Shown: one piece after another, positions 8,051-18,052 of the stretch
How positions within the stretch are numbered: position 1 is the stretch's first letter
Layout of the letters: every line of letters begins with the position of its first letter
From: PVC group bacterium
GTDB lineage: Bacteria > Verrucomicrobiota > Kiritimatiellia > CAIKKV01
Assembly: GCA_945898015.1 (NCBI GenBank)
Contig: CAMDGM010000006.1
Coordinates: forward strand, 11,032 to 75,031
Length of the DNA: 64,000 bases
Direction of reading: 5' to 3'
The notes under the pieces: generated by a model
Databases searched by the model: none
What the model was told of the DNA's origin: nothing
What the model saw: only the letters and a program-made list of their open reading frames with translations
Position numbers and translations under genes: made by a program

Positions 8051-9262
8051 ATGACACACCGAACGACACGGCGCGCGATTCACATTCTGATCGCCGTGTC
8101 CGCCGCGGTGCTGGCGCTTCAACTCATTCCCTGGGAACCGGCGGCCCGCCTTTTCCCCTCCCTGAGCCCGATCCTCGGGCTGGGCGGAGCGCTGGCCCGG
8201 CGCGCCGCCGGACCGGCGGCCCTGATGGGCTTTCCGATCCTCCTGCTCGCCTTCACCCACAAGCGGTGGTTCTGCTATCACGCCTGCCCCACCGGCCTGT
8301 GCGCGGAAGCCGCCGGCCGGCTGAACCCCCGGGCGGCGGCGCATTTCGGAACCTGGCCCCGGCTCGGAGGCGGGCTCGCGCTCCTGCTGCTCGGCAGCGC
8401 GGCCATCGGCTATCCTCTGGCTTTGGGACTGGATCCCCTCTCCCTCTTCAATGGATTTTTCAGCGCCTGGCGCCGGCCTTTCGAGGCTGGCCTTCCTCCG
8501 CTCGCTTCAGGCTTCATCCTCGTGCTGTTAATCAGCCTGGCCCGGCCGCATTTGTGGTGCCTGCGGTTATGTCCGCTGGGCGGCCTGCAAGACGGCCTGC
8601 ATGGCCTTGCCCGGTTCGCCGGATCCCGGCGGCGCCCGGAGGCTTCGGCCGACGAATCCGCCGCCCTTCCCCTGCGCCGCATCTTCCTGGGTGCGGCGGC
8701 CGGCGGGCTGGCCGGACTGCTCCTGCGGCGACGGCCGGCGGGAACGGCGGTGATCCGACCGCCGGGCGCGGCGCCGGAAGCTCGGTTCACGGGCCTGTGC
8801 GCCCGGTGCGGAGCCTGTATCCGGGCCTGTCCGCGCCATATTCTCTTTCCCGATCTGGGCGAAGCCGGGGCGGCCGGATTGCTGGCCCCGATCATACAAT
8901 ACGGAAACGGCTATTGCTTCGAACAATGCAAGGCCTGCACGGAGGCCTGCCCCACCGGCGCAATCCGGGCGCTGACGCTGGAACAGAAACGCCAGCTGGC
9001 ACTCGGCACCGCGGGGGTGGAAAAAAGCCGCTGCCTGGCGTGGAAAGACGGCCTCTACTGCATGGCCTGCCAGGAATCCTGCCCTTACTCGGCCATTACC
9101 ATTGTGGTACAAAAAGGCGTCAACTGCCCGGTGGTGGAGCCCCGCCACTGCCGGGGTTGCGGGGCCTGCCAGGCCAACTGTCCGGCCCGCCCCCGGCGCG
9201 CCATCACGGTGCGGGCCGCGCCGCAGCACGAACTTCCAGGCCAATCTCCCCAAGCCGGGTGA
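8051..9262 (+). CDS. NapH/NosR-like membrane-bound polyferredoxin
   Basis: Several TM spans carry the membrane CxxCP motifs WFCYHACPTG and LWCLRLCPLGG. These are followed by four ferredoxin motifs (CARCGACIRACP, CFEQCKACTEACP, CMACQESCP, CRGCGACQANCP). Confidence 0.65.
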   Translation: MTHRTTRRAIHILIAVSAAVLALQLIPWEPAARLFPSLSPILGLGGALARRAAGPAALMGFPILLLAFTHKRWFCYHACPTGLCAEAAGRLNPRAAAHFGTWPRLGGGLALLLLGSAAIGYPLALGLDPLSLFNGFFSAWRRPFEAGLPPLASGFILVLLISLARPHLWCLRLCPLGGLQDGLHGLARFAGSRRRPEASADESAALPLRRIFLGAAAGGLAGLLLRRRPAGTAVIRPPGAAPEARFTGLCARCGACIRACPRHILFPDLGEAGAAGLLAPIIQYGNGYCFEQCKACTEACPTGAIRALTLEQKRQLALGTAGVEKSRCLAWKDGLYCMACQESCPYSAITIVVQKGVNCPVVEPRHCRGCGACQANCPARPRRAITVRAAPQHELPGQSPQAG

Positions 9263-9548
9263 AATAAGCCCGCTCGTCCGCGTCCGGCGAGGCCGCCGCC
9301 ATTTCCAATAACCGGACCAGCGTGTCATCCAGCATCGCCAGGCATTCATCATCCAGGGCGCCGGTCTTGAGAAAGGTGGAAATGCAGCCTGCCGCCACGG
9401 CGTCCACCTGCTCATAGAGCATGCCCCGGACTATCCGCCCCTGGCAGGCGGGCGGAAATTCCTCGACCTCGAAAGCATACCAGGACGCTTTCAACACCGG
9501 AGTCAGTCCTCCCGCCGAAGCGGGCTCCACAATCGGCTTTTCTTTCAT
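9204..9548 (-). CDS. small hypothetical protein, third gene of the two-component operon
   Basis: 114-aa ORF with a strong AAAGGAG RBS 4 nt upstream of the ATG. ATGA overlap with the histidine kinase stop (9545-9548). Non-repetitive composition. No family recognised. Confidence 0.45.
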   Translation of the reverse strand: MKEKPIVEPASAGGLTPVLKASWYAFEVEEFPPACQGRIVRGMLYEQVDAVAAGCISTFLKTGALDDECLAMLDDTLVRLLEMAAASPDADERAYFTRLGEIGLEVRAAARPAP

Positions 9549-11980
9549 AGGGCTCCTTTTGTCGCCAGCCCGGCAGGAGGCTCTGAGAGCGCCGCCACCA
9601 GGGCTGGATAATCGTACGCCTCGAGCAACCGCCGGATCGCCACCACCGTGGCGGAATCCGGAACGGTCAACAACAACGTCTCGATCTCGGCCACGTCGGC
9701 CTCCCGGGCGGCCTGGCAGATCGCGGCGCGCAAGGGGGCCGGCCAGCGCATCGCCTCGGCCAGCGCCCCGCCCTCGATCGATAGCATTTCCGCCTCAAAC
9801 GCAGGGACCTGCTCATACGCCATCGGAACATGCTCCGTGATGACCTGCAACAGCTCGGGAAGCTTGAACGGCTTGCGGATATACCCGGACAGGCCGCCGG
9901 CCAGAATGCGGTCCTTATCGCTTTCGAAGGCGCTGGCCGTCAAGGCCACCACGGGGACAGACTGGCCGCCGGGACGTTTCCGGATCCGGGCCGTGGCCTC
10001 GATGCCGTCCATGCGGGGCATTCGGATATCCATCAGCACCAGATCGGGCTGGCCGGCGTCAAACTGCGCAAGGGCTTCTTCGCCATCCGCCGCCTCCCGG
10101 ATTTCAAAACCCATCGTTTCGAGCGCCCGCACGATGACGCGTCGATTAATGGACTCATCCTCCACCACCAGGACCCGGGGGGCACGCCCGTCGGGCATGC
10201 GGGCATGGATCACCTCCCGCGAAACGGAAACGGAGGCCGCCGGCCCGGATTCGGCAGGCGTAAAAGGCATTTCAAAAGCAAACAGGCTGCCCGTGCCCAG
10301 CTCGGTTCGAACAAGGACGATATCGCCCCCGAGCAGCTTGGCATACCGGCGACTGATCGTCAGACCCAACCCGGTTCCGCCGCGCGTACCGCTCATGCCT
10401 TCTCCCTGCACGAACGCCCCAAAGATGCTCTCCTGATCCTGCGGGGAAACGCCGGGGCCCGTATCCTCGACCTCACACCGCAACCGGGGGTGTCCCGCGA
10501 CAGAGAGGCTGGCCACCCGGACCGACACCCGGCCGGCCTGAGTGAATTTGACGGCATTGCCGACCAGATTAATGAGAATCTGCCTGATTTTTCCAAGATC
10601 GGCGACAATGCGGCGGGGAACTCCGGGTTCGGCCGTCACGCGGAGGCCGATGCCCTTGGCTCCAGCCCGGACCAGGAACATGGTCTCCAGGTCGCGCAGC
10701 AGATCAAGAAGGTCGAACGAAATCGGATCGACGGAGATCTGGGCCGCTTCGATTTTTGAAATTTCAAGGATGTCGTTGATGAGCCCGAGAAGATGTTCGC
10801 CGCTGCGGAGAATGGTGTCCACCTGTTCCCGGCTTTCCCGCGGGAGGGCGGGATCCCGGGCCAGGATTTGAGCAAACCCGATAACGACATTCAGCGGGGT
10901 GCGGATCTCGTGGGACATGTTGGCGAGGAACATGCTTTTGGCCTGGTTGGCGGCGTCGGCCGCATCACGGGCCTGACGGAGTTCCAACTCATACTTCTGG
11001 CGGAACGCGATTTCGCGCATGAGCAGGCGGTTCCACGCGGCAATCGCGACCAGGAGCAACGCCGCGACCCCAAGCACCACGAGCGCCACCGTCGTCAGGC
11101 GCCGCCAGTTGAACTTGTCGCGCGGTGTGGCCACCCAGGTGGTGAGGATGCGGTCTCGCTCCGCGCTGGAAATGGCCCCCAGCCCCTTGTTGAGAATGTC
11201 CACGAGAATCGGCCAATCCTTCCGAACGGCGAATCCGATACGGGCGGAATACGGGGTGGAGAGCACCACCCGGAGATCGCTGCCGATCGTGTTGAGGGCG
11301 GGGACAACGGTCGCCAGGCTGCCGATGCAGGCATCGGCCTGGCCGCTGCGTACCCGCTCCAAGCCCTGTTCGACGGTGGACACCGGAGCGGGCTTCATCC
11401 AGGGGTAATCCTGTCTTAAACGCCGGTAGGCGCCCGGATACCTCCCCTGAAACACAAACCGCTTGCCCTTCAGGGACGCCAAATTTTCCACAACCGGGGC
11501 ATCGGCCCGCATGACCACCACGAGCGGTGACAACACGAACGGCCGCATGAACAGGAATTCCGAGCGAAGCTCGGGCTGATCGTCAAGGGTGGCGATCACG
11601 TCGATCTTCCCGGACCGGGCCAGGTCGAGCAAATCCTCCGTCGTGTGCGCCTGAATGGAAAACGGGAATCCAATAAACCGGGAAAGGTGAAATTCGTAAT
11701 CGGACACGACCCCGCCCAATTCGCCCTCGTGCGTGACGAAGGAAAAGGGGGGACAGTCCGTGTTGAAGCCCAGCCGGATCACCGGATGATTATCGATCCA
11801 GTCGCTTTCCTGCTGGGTGAGAAGCCCCGCCTCCTCCCGTGAAATCGCATCGCGAAACGAACCCGCTTGCCCCGGACCGGAAGGACTGTCGTCCTGCGCC
11901 CAGGAACTCGCCGCCATCACGCCAAGGGCCAGGCAGGCAAGGGCGACGCCCCTTCTTTTTCGCGGGAATCGGTCGTTCAT
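9545..11980 (-). CDS. hybrid sensor histidine kinase (periplasmic SBP-type-3 domain, TM, HisKA, HATPase_c, receiver, ~100-aa unassigned tail)
   Basis: Signal-like N-terminus followed by a solute-binding-like block ([15 protein letters not shown]...). H-box [15 protein letters not shown]-boxes DTGPGV and GTGLGL, receiver [13 protein letters not shown]...[14 protein letters not shown]. Confidence 0.85.
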   Translation of the reverse strand: MNDRFPRKRRGVALACLALGVMAASSWAQDDSPSGPGQAGSFRDAISREEAGLLTQQESDWIDNHPVIRLGFNTDCPPFSFVTHEGELGGVVSDYEFHLSRFIGFPFSIQAHTTEDLLDLARSGKIDVIATLDDQPELRSEFLFMRPFVLSPLVVVMRADAPVVENLASLKGKRFVFQGRYPGAYRRLRQDYPWMKPAPVSTVEQGLERVRSGQADACIGSLATVVPALNTIGSDLRVVLSTPYSARIGFAVRKDWPILVDILNKGLGAISSAERDRILTTWVATPRDKFNWRRLTTVALVVLGVAALLLVAIAAWNRLLMREIAFRQKYELELRQARDAADAANQAKSMFLANMSHEIRTPLNVVIGFAQILARDPALPRESREQVDTILRSGEHLLGLINDILEISKIEAAQISVDPISFDLLDLLRDLETMFLVRAGAKGIGLRVTAEPGVPRRIVADLGKIRQILINLVGNAVKFTQAGRVSVRVASLSVAGHPRLRCEVEDTGPGVSPQDQESIFGAFVQGEGMSGTRGGTGLGLTISRRYAKLLGGDIVLVRTELGTGSLFAFEMPFTPAESGPAASVSVSREVIHARMPDGRAPRVLVVEDESINRRVIVRALETMGFEIREAADGEEALAQFDAGQPDLVLMDIRMPRMDGIEATARIRKRPGGQSVPVVALTASAFESDKDRILAGGLSGYIRKPFKLPELLQVITEHVPMAYEQVPAFEAEMLSIEGGALAEAMRWPAPLRAAICQAAREADVAEIETLLLTVPDSATVVAIRRLLEAYDYPALVAALSEPPAGLATKGAL

Positions 11981-13137
11981 GACCCGGTCGTCGGGCGGGT
12001 TTCTTTATGGCCGGTGGGCTTTTGCAGTGAAAACCAAAAAACGCAGCCTTCCCCGGCTTTGCTGCGAATGCCGATTTCGCCCCCTTGCGCCTCAATCACC
12101 ATGCGGCTGAACACCAGGCCCAAACCGATTGAAGACTTTTTCGCGTTCGAATCGTTCGTCAGCCGGCCGAATTTTTCGAATAACCGGTCGTGCAGCTCCG
12201 GCGGCACCCCCTGGCCCTGATCCGTCACCGAAAGCCGGATCACATCGCCTTCGTCCACGGTCTGAAGCCGGATCACGGACCCGTTGGGCGCGTGCTTGAC
12301 GGCGTTGCTGAAAAGATTGATCAGCACACGGCTGGTCAGGGCCGAATCGCAAAGCGCCATCAAGTCCGGGGACGGCAAGGTATACGAAAAGCGGTGATGC
12401 TTCATCAATCCGCCCATGATGCGGATGGCATCGGAAACAATGCCGGCCACGGGCGCGGGCGCCAGGGCCACCAGCCGGCCCCCATTCTCCATTTTATACA
12501 CATCCAGGATGTCCGCGATCATCTGCTCCAGCATGCCGATGGAATCCCGGGCGTCGGTCAAATGATGCTGGACCGGCGCATCGACCGTCAGGGCATCAGA
12601 CAACCCGATCAAATCCAGCGAGGCCGATATATTGAACAGGGGCGTCCGCATATCGTGGATGAGCAAATGAACCAGGTGGGCGTTCATCTCCTGCGACGAC
12701 TCCAGCTGGCGGCACTTCTCCTCCATCTCGCCGCGCAATTCGGCCAGGCGGAGATGGTTTTCAATGCGGATCCGCACCTCTTCCATGTGGAACGGCTTGG
12801 TGATGTAATCGACCCCGCCAACCTCGAACGCGCGGACTTTGTCCAGCAAGTCCCCCATGGCGCTGAGAAAAACAATAGGCACTTCCTTCAGGTCCGGATT
12901 TTCCTTCATCCGGCGGCACGCCTCATATCCATCCATTTCCGGCATGCTCACATCCATGAGCACCAGGTCGGGGCGGATGTGCTGGGCAAGCTCCAATGCC
13001 GCAGCCGCGCTGGTGACCGGCCGGACCTTATACCCCTCGTTGCGCAGGAAATGCACCAGAAGCTGCAGATTGGCAGGCATGTCATCCACGATCATGATGT
13101 TGGCCTGCCGCCGGCCGGATTTCATGGTTTCATTCAT
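11977..13137 (-). CDS. response-regulator receiver fused to a histidine kinase core
   Basis: IMIVDDMPANLQL...DLVLMDVSMPEMDG...YITKPF receiver, then the LIHDMRTPL H-box and DQGQGV / GLGLVF ATPase motifs. Start at ATG 13137 preceded by GAGGAGG. ATGA overlap with the downstream kinase. Confidence 0.85.
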   Translation of the reverse strand: MNETMKSGRRQANIMIVDDMPANLQLLVHFLRNEGYKVRPVTSAAAALELAQHIRPDLVLMDVSMPEMDGYEACRRMKENPDLKEVPIVFLSAMGDLLDKVRAFEVGGVDYITKPFHMEEVRIRIENHLRLAELRGEMEEKCRQLESSQEMNAHLVHLLIHDMRTPLFNISASLDLIGLSDALTVDAPVQHHLTDARDSIGMLEQMIADILDVYKMENGGRLVALAPAPVAGIVSDAIRIMGGLMKHHRFSYTLPSPDLMALCDSALTSRVLINLFSNAVKHAPNGSVIRLQTVDEGDVIRLSVTDQGQGVPPELHDRLFEKFGRLTNDSNAKKSSIGLGLVFSRMVIEAQGGEIGIRSKAGEGCVFWFSLQKPTGHKETRPTTGS

Positions 13138-13267
13138 GAGAACCTCCTCTTTCCTCGCCAATCCGCCGAAACGCCGACCCACTCCGTCACCCGTTTGTTT
13201 GACGGGGGCTGACAAGCCAAACCTTAACACCCTTTTTTCCGGACAACAAGGTGTGATTTTCCGCCCG

Positions 13268-13819
13268 TCAAGGGGGCGGGGCCAGATTCGCCCGGACCCG
13301 CATGAACTCGAACGACTCCCCCACCCGCTTCGTCTTGCTTATCGGCCTCGGAAAGGTGACCAGCCACAGGGGCGCGCAATTGAGGCACACGGCCGGATCG
13401 CCCTCGGGGTCGGTCTTCAGGCGCCACGCCTGGCCATCCTTCATGACCACCTCCACGTACGCGCCGCTGAAGGGGCCCATCAAGCCGGCCACGCAGGCGG
13501 ACGCGACCACGTCGCCGCGCTGGGCATAACTGCGGGTCACCGATTCAATGTCGGCGTAATAGAGCTTGATGATGCGCCCGTTCTCCACCGCGTACCACCC
13601 GTCGGCATCCGCCCAGGTCTGTTTGTCTCCGACGTCAAGCGCGGGCTCGCGGGTCATGGCATTCAACTGGGCGGACCGCTCGATCACCGTCACCGCCTGA
13701 TCCGCCATCATCCGATTATGCCGCGGAAGCGTGACGGTGGTGGTCCCGCACCCGCCCGCCACCCCTGCCACCGCCATCGCCCAAACAGCCCGCCACCAGC
13801 CATTCCTGTTTTTCTGCAT
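13268..13819 (-). CDS. putative lipoprotein, unknown function
   Basis: 183-aa ORF with a CAGGAGG RBS. The N-terminus WWRAVWAMAVAGVAGGC has a lipobox-like cysteine. Confidence 0.5.
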   Translation of the reverse strand: MQKNRNGWWRAVWAMAVAGVAGGCGTTTVTLPRHNRMMADQAVTVIERSAQLNAMTREPALDVGDKQTWADADGWYAVENGRIIKLYYADIESVTRSYAQRGDVVASACVAGLMGPFSGAYVEVVMKDGQAWRLKTDPEGDPAVCLNCAPLWLVTFPRPISKTKRVGESFEFMRVRANLAPPP

Positions 13820-13859
13820 GATCCTCCTGCCTCCCTCGCTGTTGGCCCGAAACCCGCCC

Positions 13860-14213
13860 TCAGGTTGAAGACGGTTTACCTGAAAAAATAAGAAACGCCG
13901 CCGCCACGATCAGGACAAATCCGACCGCATAATTCCACCGGAACTCCTCCTTGAGATAAAAGATCGAAAACACGCTGAATACCACCAGCGTAATGATCTC
14001 CTGGAGGGTCTTAAGCTGGGCCGCCGTCAAGGTCTTGTGGCCATGCCGGTTGGCCGGCACCTGGAAGCAGTACTCGAAAAAGGCGATCCCCCAGCTCGCG
14101 AGGATCACGATCCAGAGCGGGGACGACTTGAACTTCAGATGCCCGTACCAGGCGAACGTCATAAAGACATTCGAAATGGTCAGCAGGAGAATCGGCGCCC
14201 AGATACGGCTCAT
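13860..14213 (-). CDS. DUF486-type small DMT-superfamily membrane protein
   Basis: 117 aa. ISNVFMTFAWYGHLKF near the N-terminus is the pattern I associate with DUF486. Four hydrophobic spans. ATGA overlap with the upstream gene. Confidence 0.65.
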   Translation of the reverse strand: MSRIWAPILLLTISNVFMTFAWYGHLKFKSSPLWIVILASWGIAFFEYCFQVPANRHGHKTLTAAQLKTLQEIITLVVFSVFSIFYLKEEFRWNYAVGFVLIVAAAFLIFSGKPSST

Positions 14214-16180
14214 CGTACAATCCCTGTCGTTGAATGCTTAACATGCTCCCGGATCACGCCCCCCACCGCGGCGGGATCGGCCGCCTCCAGGCGGTCCAGG
14301 ACCCGCTCCCAGCGGTAGGCGAAGCTGCCTTTCTCGTCGCGCGGCCGGTACCGGAAAAGGGCCCTGAACGCGCGCCGATGCCGGCGATAATCATGTTGGA
14401 TGTGGGTAAACCGACTGACGAAAGCAGCCAGATACGCCTCGGAAAAGGCCCGCGCATCCGGAAGCAGTCCGAGCCGGCTGTTGACGGGAAGCGCATAGGC
14501 CGGCGCCAGCCGGACGAACGGCGAGGTGAAATCCATGAAGGTGCCGGTGTGATCCGCCACCTGGATCCGGGCGGGCAGGCCCTGCTCGTCGAAGCAGACC
14601 ACTTCGTCGCCTTCGTCGAACACCGGGCTGCCGTCGCGTTCGGTGCTGCCGACGATCAGGTTCGGCGCGGCGGCCTCGCCCAGCAACGCGGCCAGCCGCA
14701 ACGCATAGTCGGGCATCCGGTAGGCGGCGGGCGGCAGCTTGTCCGTCGCGCGTCCGTCAATGTAATCGCGCTCGAAACAGCTGAGCCAGTACGTGGCGCC
14801 GGCATACCGCTTCGTCGGCCCGGCATACCGCTCCTGAATGCGGCGGGTCACCACGCGGGGCGGGAGGTTCATGCCCAGCTGCCGGCATCCCAGCCGGCGG
14901 TCGAGCACATAGTCCGCATACTCGTCGGATTCCATGACGGCGGCAAAAAACTCCTTGCCCGCATCCAGGTGATCGGGCACGCCCCACTTCTGGACGCGCA
15001 CGATGTGCACCACGGGCTCGGCCAGGTCACGCCGCTTGACCTGGGCGATGTAGACGTTATGCCGCAGCCCGCCGATGTAGGACCGGTACGAAAGCGAACG
15101 GCTGATGCGGCCGATATTCACATATTCAATATTCCCGTATTCCCGGATATAATTGAAAATGAAGGCGCGGGCCCGCAAATCACACAGCCGGCGCAAGATC
15201 AGGTTTTCCGGGGCGCGGTCCAACTCGTCAAAGACCGGGTCAAAAATAAGCTCTTCGTCCTCGATGCGGCCGCCGGGCAGCCACTCGACCTGCATGAAAA
15301 ACTCGGGGCTCAGCCCCATGAGCACATCCTCGTTGATCGCCTCATCGCGCTGCCCGAGCAAAACCCCGAACATCCGGTTCCGCCACTCGATGTCCTCCGG
15401 ATTATCCTCGCGCAGATGAGCCGGCACCGCACCTTCAAACCGGCCCCCGAGCTCCGCATGCGCGGCCCGCACCGCCGCGGCGTCCAGCTCCTTGAAGTCG
15501 AGAGCCCTGAAATCCGCCTCCCCGAACCGGCCCTCCGCGAGAAAAAAATCGATCTCCGGGTTGCCCACCCGGTTGCGGCGCCGGCAATTGGTCTGGATTT
15601 CGACCAGATGAACCCGCAAGTCCTCGTCGCTAAACCGGGCCAGGCTGCGGAACTCGGCCAGGGTCAGGTACCGCGTCCCGGTGACGCGGTTGAAATAATA
15701 GATGACGCCGCCCCCGATGCCCAGGCGCGAGGCCAGGATCATCTCCCGCATCTCCTCGCCGGTGCGCGGGAGCGGGCTCATCCGCCAGTATTCGCCCCGG
15801 TCGCGCAAGGCGTTGCGCACCTTGAGGTTCGTCACATACAAAAAGCGGATCTGCCGCTTGGAAACAAACTCCAGCAGAAGCTCGTCGCCGCGGAAGGCCA
15901 GATCTAACGCCTCGGGATCGGGGCGGATCAGCAGCGTGTCCGACTCGATAATCAGGTCGACGGACTCCGCCCATTCGAGCTCGACCTCGGCCGGGTCCAG
16001 CGGCGGCCGGCCCTCGGCCGTGCGAAGCACATTGAGCGCATCCACCCAGGCCACCCGCTGGGTGGCGTGAATGCCGGGAAGCGTAACGAGGCCCGGCGTG
16101 CGCAGGAACAACGTGGCAATCGGCGACCGGAGTCGGCCTCCGGTGTCCTTGGCAAAAGGATGTTCTCCCAGCACAAACAT
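14210..16180 (-). CDS. large conserved-looking hypothetical protein (656 aa), possibly an atypical kinase-like fold
   Basis: Complex, non-repetitive composition. Start trimmed to ATG 16180 (CGAGGA RBS), which removes the overlap with mutL. No family recognised with confidence. Confidence 0.55.
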   Translation of the reverse strand: MFVLGEHPFAKDTGGRLRSPIATLFLRTPGLVTLPGIHATQRVAWVDALNVLRTAEGRPPLDPAEVELEWAESVDLIIESDTLLIRPDPEALDLAFRGDELLLEFVSKRQIRFLYVTNLKVRNALRDRGEYWRMSPLPRTGEEMREMILASRLGIGGGVIYYFNRVTGTRYLTLAEFRSLARFSDEDLRVHLVEIQTNCRRRNRVGNPEIDFFLAEGRFGEADFRALDFKELDAAAVRAAHAELGGRFEGAVPAHLREDNPEDIEWRNRMFGVLLGQRDEAINEDVLMGLSPEFFMQVEWLPGGRIEDEELIFDPVFDELDRAPENLILRRLCDLRARAFIFNYIREYGNIEYVNIGRISRSLSYRSYIGGLRHNVYIAQVKRRDLAEPVVHIVRVQKWGVPDHLDAGKEFFAAVMESDEYADYVLDRRLGCRQLGMNLPPRVVTRRIQERYAGPTKRYAGATYWLSCFERDYIDGRATDKLPPAAYRMPDYALRLAALLGEAAAPNLIVGSTERDGSPVFDEGDEVVCFDEQGLPARIQVADHTGTFMDFTSPFVRLAPAYALPVNSRLGLLPDARAFSEAYLAAFVSRFTHIQHDYRRHRRAFRALFRYRPRDEKGSFAYRWERVLDRLEAADPAAVGGVIREHVKHSTTGIVR

Positions 16181-16194
16181 GCGGTTCCTCGGGG

Positions 16195-17994
16195 TCAGGT
16201 CCGGCCGAACCGGCGGTGCAATTCGGAAAACGAGAGCCACACCATGGTGGGCCGGCCGTGGGGACACGTGTAGGGCATGTCCGCGGAGGCGAGGTCCAGG
16301 ACCAGCTTTTCAATCTCCGCCAGCGTCAGGCGATCGCGCTGCTTGATGGCGCTCTTGCAGGCCGCCTGGGCAATCCCCTCCTCGCTCCAGCGGGACCGGT
16401 CGGCACGGGGCCCGGTGGATTCGAGCTCCGAAACCAGGTCCGGCAAAAGACGGGCGGCAGAGGCCCCGCCAAAAAGGGCGGGCAGCGCATCCACCACCAT
16501 TGTATCGCCCCCGAACTCCGAGATGCCGAACCCCATCGCCCGCAGCAGCTCAAGGTGCCGGCGGCAGGGCTGGACGGTGGCCGGCGTCAGCGTAATCGTT
16601 TCCGGCACCAGCAGCGACTGGCTCTCCACCCGTCCGGCGGCCACCGCTTTCATGAACCGTTCGAACAGCACGCGTTCGTGGGCGGCATGAGGATCGAGTA
16701 AGACAAGGCCCTCGGCCGTCTCCAGCACCACGTAAAGAGAACCCGCCTGGCCCAGGACCCGGCACCAGTCCCACGGACTTTTCCCATCCGACGGGGCCGC
16801 GGCGGTCGGCGCGGCAGGCTCTCCGCCAGGAAGGTCCGGCGGAAGCGGTCGCTCGGAGACCGGCCCCAGCGGCAGCCGTGGATAGCGGAAGGCGCGAACG
16901 GGTGGAAGGTCGGTGATGGGAAACGAGGCCGGCGCCGACTCGGCGCCAAAGGCCGCAGGCGGCGCCGAAGGGCCAGACCCCGCCGCCAGAACGGCGGCCC
17001 CGTCAGACGCAAGTGACCGGCGAAGCGCGCCAATCACGGCGTCGCGCACCTCGTCATGATCCCGAAAACGCACCTCCCGCTTGGCCGGATGAACGTTGAC
17101 ATCCACCCGGTCAGGCGGAATTTCAAGAAACAGGAACACCACCGGATGCCGGTCGGAGGCCAGGAGCGTGTGGTAGCCTTCCCGCACGGCCCGGGCCAGC
17201 GTGGGCGCGGAGGCGGGCCGGCGATTGATGAAGACGTATTGCTCACCGCGATCCAGGCGGGCGGCGGCGGGAACGCCGGCGAACCCGGAAACACGAACGG
17301 ATCCGTGCTCGTATGAAACCGGACGAAGGCGGGCCAGATACTCGAGCCCGAACAGATCGCGGATGCGATCAGCCACTGTGGCGTCGCCCGCCAGGGCGTA
17401 AATCGGGCGGCCATCGGCCTGCAACGTCATGCCCACCGCGGGATGGCCCAGGGCCTGGGTCAGGAACGCCAGGCGAAGATGGCCGGACTCCGTCTCCGGA
17501 GCGCGCAGGAACTTGCGACGGGCCGGGGTATTGAAAAACAGGTCCCGCACTTCAACCGTGGTGCCCTGGGGACCGCCCGCCTCCCGCACATCGCCCAGGC
17601 GCCCGCCCGTGATAGTCAATTCCGTTCCCGATAAGGCCCCGAACAGACGGGTGATAAGACGAAAACGCGACACGGAAGCAATGGCAGCCAGCGCCTCGCC
17701 GCGAAATCCAAGCGTGTCAAGGCGGGCGATATCCTCGGCATCCCGGATCTTGCTGGTGGCGTGGCGTTCCACAGAAAGGAGCGCATCATCACGATCCATC
17801 CCGCTGCCGTCATCCGAAACGGCAATCCGCTTGATACCCCCGGCCTGGATGTCCACATCAATCCGGGCGGCGCCGGCATCAATCGCGTTCTCCATCAACT
17901 CTTTGAGCACCGACGCCGGCCGGTCGACTACTTCGCCGGCCGCAATCTGGTTGGCGACGACATCGGAAAGAATCTGGATGTGTCGGTCCGGCAT
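16195..17994 (-). CDS. mutL: DNA mismatch repair protein MutL
   Basis: IQILSDVVANQIAAGEVVDRPASVLKELMENAIDAGA...DDGSGM GHKL ATPase motifs, plus a C-terminal dimerisation region ending CPHGRPT. Start taken at ATG 17994 to avoid overlapping the upstream gene. Confidence 0.9.
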   Translation of the reverse strand: MPDRHIQILSDVVANQIAAGEVVDRPASVLKELMENAIDAGAARIDVDIQAGGIKRIAVSDDGSGMDRDDALLSVERHATSKIRDAEDIARLDTLGFRGEALAAIASVSRFRLITRLFGALSGTELTITGGRLGDVREAGGPQGTTVEVRDLFFNTPARRKFLRAPETESGHLRLAFLTQALGHPAVGMTLQADGRPIYALAGDATVADRIRDLFGLEYLARLRPVSYEHGSVRVSGFAGVPAAARLDRGEQYVFINRRPASAPTLARAVREGYHTLLASDRHPVVFLFLEIPPDRVDVNVHPAKREVRFRDHDEVRDAVIGALRRSLASDGAAVLAAGSGPSAPPAAFGAESAPASFPITDLPPVRAFRYPRLPLGPVSERPLPPDLPGGEPAAPTAAAPSDGKSPWDWCRVLGQAGSLYVVLETAEGLVLLDPHAAHERVLFERFMKAVAAGRVESQSLLVPETITLTPATVQPCRRHLELLRAMGFGISEFGGDTMVVDALPALFGGASAARLLPDLVSELESTGPRADRSRWSEEGIAQAACKSAIKQRDRLTLAEIEKLVLDLASADMPYTCPHGRPTMVWLSFSELHRRFGRT

Positions 17995-18052
17995 GACGTC
18001 CCAGGGTAAATAAACCGCGGATTGAAGCGAGCCCGCATTCCCAACGCCCGTT

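Noticed and set aside
7852-9267. 471-aa plus-strand ORF in another frame over the polyferredoxin gene
   Set aside because: Pro/Arg/Gly-rich junk. The 8051-9262 frame has TM spans plus CxxCP and 4Fe-4S motifs.
13261-13281. GC hairpin CCGCCC-gtcaagg-GGGCGG at the lipoprotein stop as a rho-independent terminator
   Set aside because: On the transcribed (minus) strand the hairpin is followed by an A-run, not a U-run. On the plus strand there is no upstream gene to terminate.
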